Shown here piece after piece: positions 59,082 to 64,000 of a stretch of DNA of 64,000 bases (position 1 is its first letter; every line of letters begins with the position of its first letter). The DNA comes from Pseudomonadota bacterium. Lineage in GTDB: Bacteria; Bdellovibrionota_B; Oligoflexia; Silvanigrellales; Silvanigrellaceae. The DNA lies in the NCBI GenBank assembly GCA_039799905.1, contig JBDLRP010000021.1, forward strand, positions 1-64,000, read 5' to 3'. Both the position numbers and the translations under genes were made by a program. The notes under the pieces are model-generated. The model was not told where the DNA came from, ran no database searches, and saw nothing but the letters and a program-made list of their open reading frames with translations.

Positions 59082-60182
59082 ATGGCGCTCACCCGTATGA
59101 GAACGTTATCAAAAAAAACCAACAGGCAGATTTCTGCACAAAGTGGTTCTCTTTTGCTGGGTCTTGCGCTTGCCGCCCTGCTTTGCCAATCGGCAGTCTT
59201 GTGCAGCACGGGCTATCTGAGCGGTTTTGGCTGGGCATTGTTGGCAAGTTTGGCCGGATGCTTTTTTACGACGTTGACTCATTGGAGTGAACTCATCCGC
59301 ACCCCCGTGCCTGAACTGCGGACTTGGAAACGGGCTGCGTTTGCCGGAATCCTTTTGTCAGCAGGTCTCGTCGCGCTTGGTCACTCGCTAACATTTCAAC
59401 ACCCCGCGGCACTGAACACACTCGCCCTGGCCTTCATTCCCTGCAGCCGAGCGCTCTGGAGGCGACTGTTTGTCGGTGATGCCCTGACTTCTTCTGGCGA
59501 ACGGTGGGGTGCATTTTTACTCCTAATTTCCGCGGCAGTTTTTCTTACTGATGAAGCTGCCGCTGTTTACGCAGCACTCAAGCTTGCACGGGTGACACTG
59601 GCCGCGGGCAATCTCGATCAACTGTTTCTGCCAGAACTGCCGCGCACATTCGCTTTTTCAGCCGCGCTTCTTTTCGGCGCGGCATCAAGTCTACAGAACC
59701 CTCAAAACCGCACTATCTCCAGCCGAACTTTCTGGACAATTCCCACGGCAATCTCGGCCATCGTGTTGAGTGCCTGCGGATGGCTCGCCATTCATATCTT
59801 TGGATCGCGGGCAATCGTCATGGGCCCGATAGAAACCCTGCCAGTGCATCGATTATTAGCATTCACACCCGCGATACTTTTCGGGGTTGTAATGTTGGGC
59901 ATGCGCCCCCAGCTCCACATTCGCAACTCACTGCGCATCGGTCGCGACATGACACATTGGTGGCAGTTCCTTGGACTGATGTGCGGTCTCGCAATTGTGC
60001 TGGTTCTGGATTCCTCCGCCAGCGTCAAGAACTCCGAACTGTTGCTGATTGTCATGCTCTTTGCAGGACAAATCCTCGGCCTGCGCATGAGCCGCCCAGT
60101 CATTACGTTTGCGCCCACGCTTGCTTCCGTGCCAATATCTGCGCCAGACGACCAGCAAGCACTGACAAGCAATCAGAACTAA
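59082..60182 (+). CDS. Polytopic membrane protein (possibly DMT/EamA-like)
   Basis: About ten hydrophobic segments; GAGG RBS. Confidence 0.55.
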   Translation: MALTRMRTLSKKTNRQISAQSGSLLLGLALAALLCQSAVLCSTGYLSGFGWALLASLAGCFFTTLTHWSELIRTPVPELRTWKRAAFAGILLSAGLVALGHSLTFQHPAALNTLALAFIPCSRALWRRLFVGDALTSSGERWGAFLLLISAAVFLTDEAAAVYAALKLARVTLAAGNLDQLFLPELPRTFAFSAALLFGAASSLQNPQNRTISSRTFWTIPTAISAIVLSACGWLAIHIFGSRAIVMGPIETLPVHRLLAFTPAILFGVVMLGMRPQLHIRNSLRIGRDMTHWWQFLGLMCGLAIVLVLDSSASVKNSELLLIVMLFAGQILGLRMSRPVITFAPTLASVPISAPDDQQALTSNQN

Positions 60183-60202
60183 CCCGCAGGTAAATCTTAA
60201 TC

Positions 60203-60745
60203 ATGAAGCTTCAAGCCCGATCGATTTGCATCTTCTGCGGTGCACAACAGGGGAACTCAGCCAGCTTCCGAGAGGTGGCACGAGAGGTTGGACTGCTGCT
60301 CGGGCAGAAAGGCATTCGCCTTGTTTACGGGGGCAGCAAGGATGGACTGATGGGCGCTGCAGCCGATGGCACATTGGCGGCAGGTGGTGAAGTTTTGGGC
60401 GTTCTGCCGGAAAAACTTGCCAATCGAGAGCTTGCCCATGCACGAATTCAAAAACTCGTGACGGTACAAACCATGGCCCAGCGAAAAGACGTTCTGATTG
60501 GCGAGGCTGATGCTTTTCTGATTCTGCCGGGCGGACTCGGCACCTTGGATGAACTCTTTGAGGTCCTTACGGCAAACACTCTCGGATTCACTGCAAAGCC
60601 GGTCGTCGTCCTCAATACCGACGGCTATTACACCGGTCTCATTGAATGGCTTGAACAAATTTCCAGTACGGGACTCAGCAAAGCTCCTCATGAACTGTTC
60701 ACCGTTGTGAACGACCTGCCGGCACTGGCACAACTGCTGGCGTAG
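60203..60745 (+). CDS. LOG family (TIGR00730) nucleotide phosphoribohydrolase
   Basis: ICIFCG, LVYGG..GLMG, RK, PGGLGTLDE. Confidence 0.93.
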   Translation: MKLQARSICIFCGAQQGNSASFREVAREVGLLLGQKGIRLVYGGSKDGLMGAAADGTLAAGGEVLGVLPEKLANRELAHARIQKLVTVQTMAQRKDVLIGEADAFLILPGGLGTLDELFEVLTANTLGFTAKPVVVLNTDGYYTGLIEWLEQISSTGLSKAPHELFTVVNDLPALAQLLA

Positions 60746-60825
60746 AACAATCGCCGCGGACTTGCAGCTATCGAACATCTCAGGCAAGTTTGCACACAGA
60801 ATTGCTCGCACTCCGGAGCCCAAAG

Positions 60826-61569
60826 ATGAACAAACCAGCTGGCGTACCTACGCCCGTTATAAAGTCGATTGCAGAATTTTGCCGCCGGCGTTCGGTTTTT
60901 TCCGGCTTGGCCGTTGTTGCTCTTCTTCCTTGCCGCAGCTTTGCGCAGTCAGGGGCGGGCACAGGTGCCGACGCCCTCGCTGCCGAATTAAAAAAGCTGC
61001 AGTCAAAAGCGGAAAAATTTGATTCCTTCAGAGTCAAATTCGAACAGCAGGTTTTCAGTGCACTGCGCCGCAAGACAACAAGCAGCCAAGGAACCCTTGC
61101 CTTCACGCAGCCACGTAAATTTCGCTGGGAAATCGATTCGCCCAAAAAGGAAGTCTACGTCAACAACGGCCAATGGTTTTGGAAGTACGTCGAAAGCACA
61201 AAGCATGCTGTGCGGCTGCCTGCTGATTCAGGCGACCTCGAATTTCTCGACGTCATTTTTGCGCTCGACAAAATCCAGAACAAATACAAACTGCAAAAAA
61301 TTTTAAGAACAACGGGAATCGACGGCAAGGCAGCCAAAGACTGTCCGCAGAATCACACCTGCATCAGCTTGGAACCACTGCAAAGTGGACAACAAAAAAA
61401 CATCGAGCTGGCGGTCGATCAGTCGAACGGTTTTGTCAGCATGGTGCGCATCGATTTCCGTAACGGCAACCGGACCATGATCAATTTTTCCGGAATTAAA
61501 CAGGGAAAAATAAGTGTAGACACTTTTGAATTCAATCCACCGCCGGGCACGGCAGTGGACAAGAAGTAG
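60826..61569 (+). CDS. lolA: Outer-membrane lipoprotein carrier LolA family
   Basis: FEQ, G.L.F.QPRKFRW, NG..FW.Y, GNRT, FEFNPP.G. Confidence 0.8.
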   Translation: MNKPAGVPTPVIKSIAEFCRRRSVFSGLAVVALLPCRSFAQSGAGTGADALAAELKKLQSKAEKFDSFRVKFEQQVFSALRRKTTSSQGTLAFTQPRKFRWEIDSPKKEVYVNNGQWFWKYVESTKHAVRLPADSGDLEFLDVIFALDKIQNKYKLQKILRTTGIDGKAAKDCPQNHTCISLEPLQSGQQKNIELAVDQSNGFVSMVRIDFRNGNRTMINFSGIKQGKISVDTFEFNPPPGTAVDKK

Positions 61570-61577
61570 GCGGAAAA

Positions 61578-62924
61578 ATGCTGTTTGCCGATAACCTGCT
61601 GCAAATGAACTGGCGAATCATCGTCGACATCGCTCTGGTGGCATTCATCTGCTACCAAATCATGAGCATGCTCAAAGGCACACGTGCAGTTCAGGTTATC
61701 ATCGGCATGGTTGTCATATTCATCGCCTATGCCCTGAGCGGATACCTCGAACTCAACACGCTCAATTGGATCATCTCAAAATTCTACTCGTCCATCATCG
61801 TTGTTGTGATTGTCCTTTTTCAAGACGACCTGAGGCGGTTGCTCACACGGGTGGGACGCGGTCCATTCATCCAAGGCATGGACGAAGACCTCGGAGTCCG
61901 CGCCATCGATGAAGTCATCAATGCGGCGCGCACGCTGAGTCACGAACGTGCGGGCGCAATCATCGTTTTTGAGCGTGGCATCGGTTTGGACAGGCTCTAC
62001 GATCACAGTGTCAAGATTGATGCGATGGTCAACGAGCAACTGCTGCTCTCCATCTTTCAGTCGTTTTCTCCCCTGCACGACGGGGCCGTCATTGTGCAAA
62101 AGGGACGCCTCACATGCGCGTCGGCACAGCTTCCGCTCTCCAAGAACCCGAGTTTCAGCAAAAAGATGGGCACCCGCCACAGCGCAGCAGTGGGAATCGC
62201 CGAAGAAACGGATGCAGTTGTGCTTGTCGTATCTGAAGAAACTGGTAATATTTCAGTTGCATGGGATGGCCAATTGCAAAGGCAACCGAATGCGGACGTG
62301 ACCCGCCGCCTGCTCATTACGCTGCTGATTCCACAGACGCGCGAAAAACGCACCGGCCTGCTGAGCTCCATGACCCTGCTCGGCAGAGTGCGCGATAAGT
62401 TTTTTGGACAACTTTCCAAGCCGCAGCAAGTGGCCACGGCTCACACAACACAAGGTGAATTCGCTCCGAATGTCCGCCGGCCCGCATGGGGAGACAGCAA
62501 ATCCACCGAGGCAACCATCCGCTCGGCCAGCGACAGCAATCGCCTGACCACCGTCGGCACGGTATCGACTCATGGCGATGAACAACAAAGATGGTCAATG
62601 AGCTTGCGACTCCCTCGACACCAACCGCAACGCAAGCAGGCTGAACCGCTATCACAAGTACAGATTCCAGAAGAACAGCCACAATCTTTGATTCAGGAGC
62701 CACTTTTTTCTGACGAAGAAATTTTTGAAGACGGAAGTGAAAAAAGCGATCACCGCTTTGTACCACCCATGCCTCCGGAACCTCCGCCGCGCGACGTTAC
62801 CGTGGGCGGAATCTCACTCAATCCGCCGATTGATCACAGCGAACCTCCTTCAAAGAGTCAGACTCCCGCTGAACCGGCCGAAATTGGGCGTGAAGATAAG
62901 AGCAGGAGGGACGAAAACAAATGA
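61578..62924 (+). CDS. cdaA: Diadenylate cyclase CdaA with long C-terminal extension
   Basis: Three TM helices, LFQDDLRR, GA.IV.ER, PLHDGA, GTRH.AA.G..E.TDA...VSEETG. Confidence 0.92.
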   Translation: MLFADNLLQMNWRIIVDIALVAFICYQIMSMLKGTRAVQVIIGMVVIFIAYALSGYLELNTLNWIISKFYSSIIVVVIVLFQDDLRRLLTRVGRGPFIQGMDEDLGVRAIDEVINAARTLSHERAGAIIVFERGIGLDRLYDHSVKIDAMVNEQLLLSIFQSFSPLHDGAVIVQKGRLTCASAQLPLSKNPSFSKKMGTRHSAAVGIAEETDAVVLVVSEETGNISVAWDGQLQRQPNADVTRRLLITLLIPQTREKRTGLLSSMTLLGRVRDKFFGQLSKPQQVATAHTTQGEFAPNVRRPAWGDSKSTEATIRSASDSNRLTTVGTVSTHGDEQQRWSMSLRLPRHQPQRKQAEPLSQVQIPEEQPQSLIQEPLFSDEEIFEDGSEKSDHRFVPPMPPEPPPRDVTVGGISLNPPIDHSEPPSKSQTPAEPAEIGREDKSRRDENK

Positions 62925-63613
62925 ATGCTCCGATGTCGCTCGCATCCAGACTCCTAAGAACTCTGGTTCACAATCTCGGCCTCAAGCTGCTTTCGATTGG
63001 TTTTGCAATTGCGCTGTTTCTGATTGTACGAAGTCAGCAGGTGCGTGAGTTCAACCGCGCAGTCCGCGTGCGCCTGTTCACAGAAAACGGTGTCTTGGTC
63101 ATCGGCCCGCAGGAACGTGTTGCCAATATCACTTTGCGCATGCCAGACACACTCTTCACTCGACTGCCAACCGAAGAAGAGCTCACCGGAGAGGTTGATC
63201 TCCGCAAAGAAAATCTCGGCAAAATTCGCGTCAGTCTGTCAGGAGAGAATTTTCCCAATCTCGACAGACGCTACAGTGTCATCATCCATGATCCGTGGTT
63301 GGACATTGAACTCGACAAGCTTGTGCAAAAGAAAGTTCAAGTGAAGGCGGTGCTGCAGGGAGCGCCACGGACCGGCTATGAAATTCAACGGGTCACTATT
63401 GACCCCCCTGAAATTGAACTCTCGGGCGCAAGACAGGATCTTGCAAAACTCGAATCCATTTCGACGATACCAGTAGATGTCTCCAATCTGGGTCCCAAAG
63501 ACTACTCAGCACAGGCGGGAATGGCGCTAGATCTCAGCGCATCCATCAAACCGACCACAATTGACAAGGTGACCGTCAAAGTGAGCTTTGCCGAAAAAAA
63601 GGCTGTGCCGTAG
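62921..63613 (+). CDS. cdaR: YbbR/CdaR family regulator
   Basis: NLGLKLLSI.FAI.L anchor, G.P..GYE....IDP..I.L.G; lies between cdaA and glmM. Confidence 0.85.
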   Translation: MNAPMSLASRLLRTLVHNLGLKLLSIGFAIALFLIVRSQQVREFNRAVRVRLFTENGVLVIGPQERVANITLRMPDTLFTRLPTEEELTGEVDLRKENLGKIRVSLSGENFPNLDRRYSVIIHDPWLDIELDKLVQKKVQVKAVLQGAPRTGYEIQRVTIDPPEIELSGARQDLAKLESISTIPVDVSNLGPKDYSAQAGMALDLSASIKPTTIDKVTVKVSFAEKKAVP

Positions 63614-63655
63614 CAAAAAGACTCAACCATCGACGAAGCAAGGATCAGGCGAGTT

Positions 63656-64000
63656 ATGGGAAAATATTTCGGAACAGACGGAATTCGTGGTGAAGCCAAT
63701 GCCGGCGTGATGACGCCGTCCATGGTTTTGCGAATCGGCCAGGCGTTCGGTCTCGCACTGCGTGAAAAAAGCGAACGACCACGGGTGATCATCGGCAAAG
63801 ACACACGTGTCAGTGGATACATGCTCGAAGGAATTCTCTCTGCGGGTCTTTGTTCGGTCGGTGCAGATGTCTTGTTTGTCGGCCCGCTGCCGACACCGGG
63901 GGTCGCGTATCTGACACGCGGCATGCGCGCCTCGGCTGGCATCATGATCTCTGCAAGCCACAACCCGTTTCATGACAACGGGATCAAATTTTTTGACAAG
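63656..64000 (+). CDS. glmM: Phosphoglucosamine mutase (3'-truncated by the window)
   Basis: [48 protein letters not shown] (read directly; absent from the ORF track). Confidence 0.95.
   Translation, partial: MGKYFGTDGIRGEANAGVMTPSMVLRIGQAFGLALREKSERPRVIIGKDTRVSGYMLEGILSAGLCSVGADVLFVGPLPTPGVAYLTRGMRASAGIMISASHNPFHDNGIKFFDK

Noticed and set aside
1..64000. CRISPR arrays, rRNA, IS elements, prophage genes
   Set aside because: No regularly spaced repeat arrays, rRNA-like stretches, or transposase, integrase or phage structural motifs recognised by eye.

Overview
Gene-dense 64-kb bacterial chromosomal segment with about 52 CDS and one tRNA-Leu(TAA). The gene content (flgE, pilT-like, cdaA-cdaR-glmM together with lolA, TldD/PmbA, myxobacterial-type CxxCH protein) suggests a Bdellovibrionota/Oligoflexia or deltaproteobacterial-type diderm; this is an inference. 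Most genes are housekeeping: flgE, deoC, pyrimidine nucleoside phosphorylase, hutUI, trmH-like, PBP1A, xth, fabG, rsmB-like, der, CCA enzyme, P5C dehydrogenase, ribA, lolA, cdaA/cdaR/glmM. No CRISPR array, rRNA, transposase or integrase was recognised. The most notable observations are: (1) a six-gene operon behind a strong sigma28-like promoter (lipid kinase, acyl-ACP-reductase-like fusion, BtaA-like aminocarboxypropyl transferase, LolA-like protein, outer-membrane barrel, matrixin), a candidate undescribed lipid synthesis/export system; (2) a HisN/inositol-monophosphatase-TldD fusion coupled to PmbA; (3) an intact DUF692(MNIO)/DUF2063 pair whose DUF692 has lost almost all metal ligands; (4) a ~1.3-kb single-gene cassette bounded by a perfect 26-bp direct repeat; (5) several sigma28-like and one sigma54-like promoter upstream of non-flagellar genes. 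All family assignments come from motif recognition by eye, not database searches.
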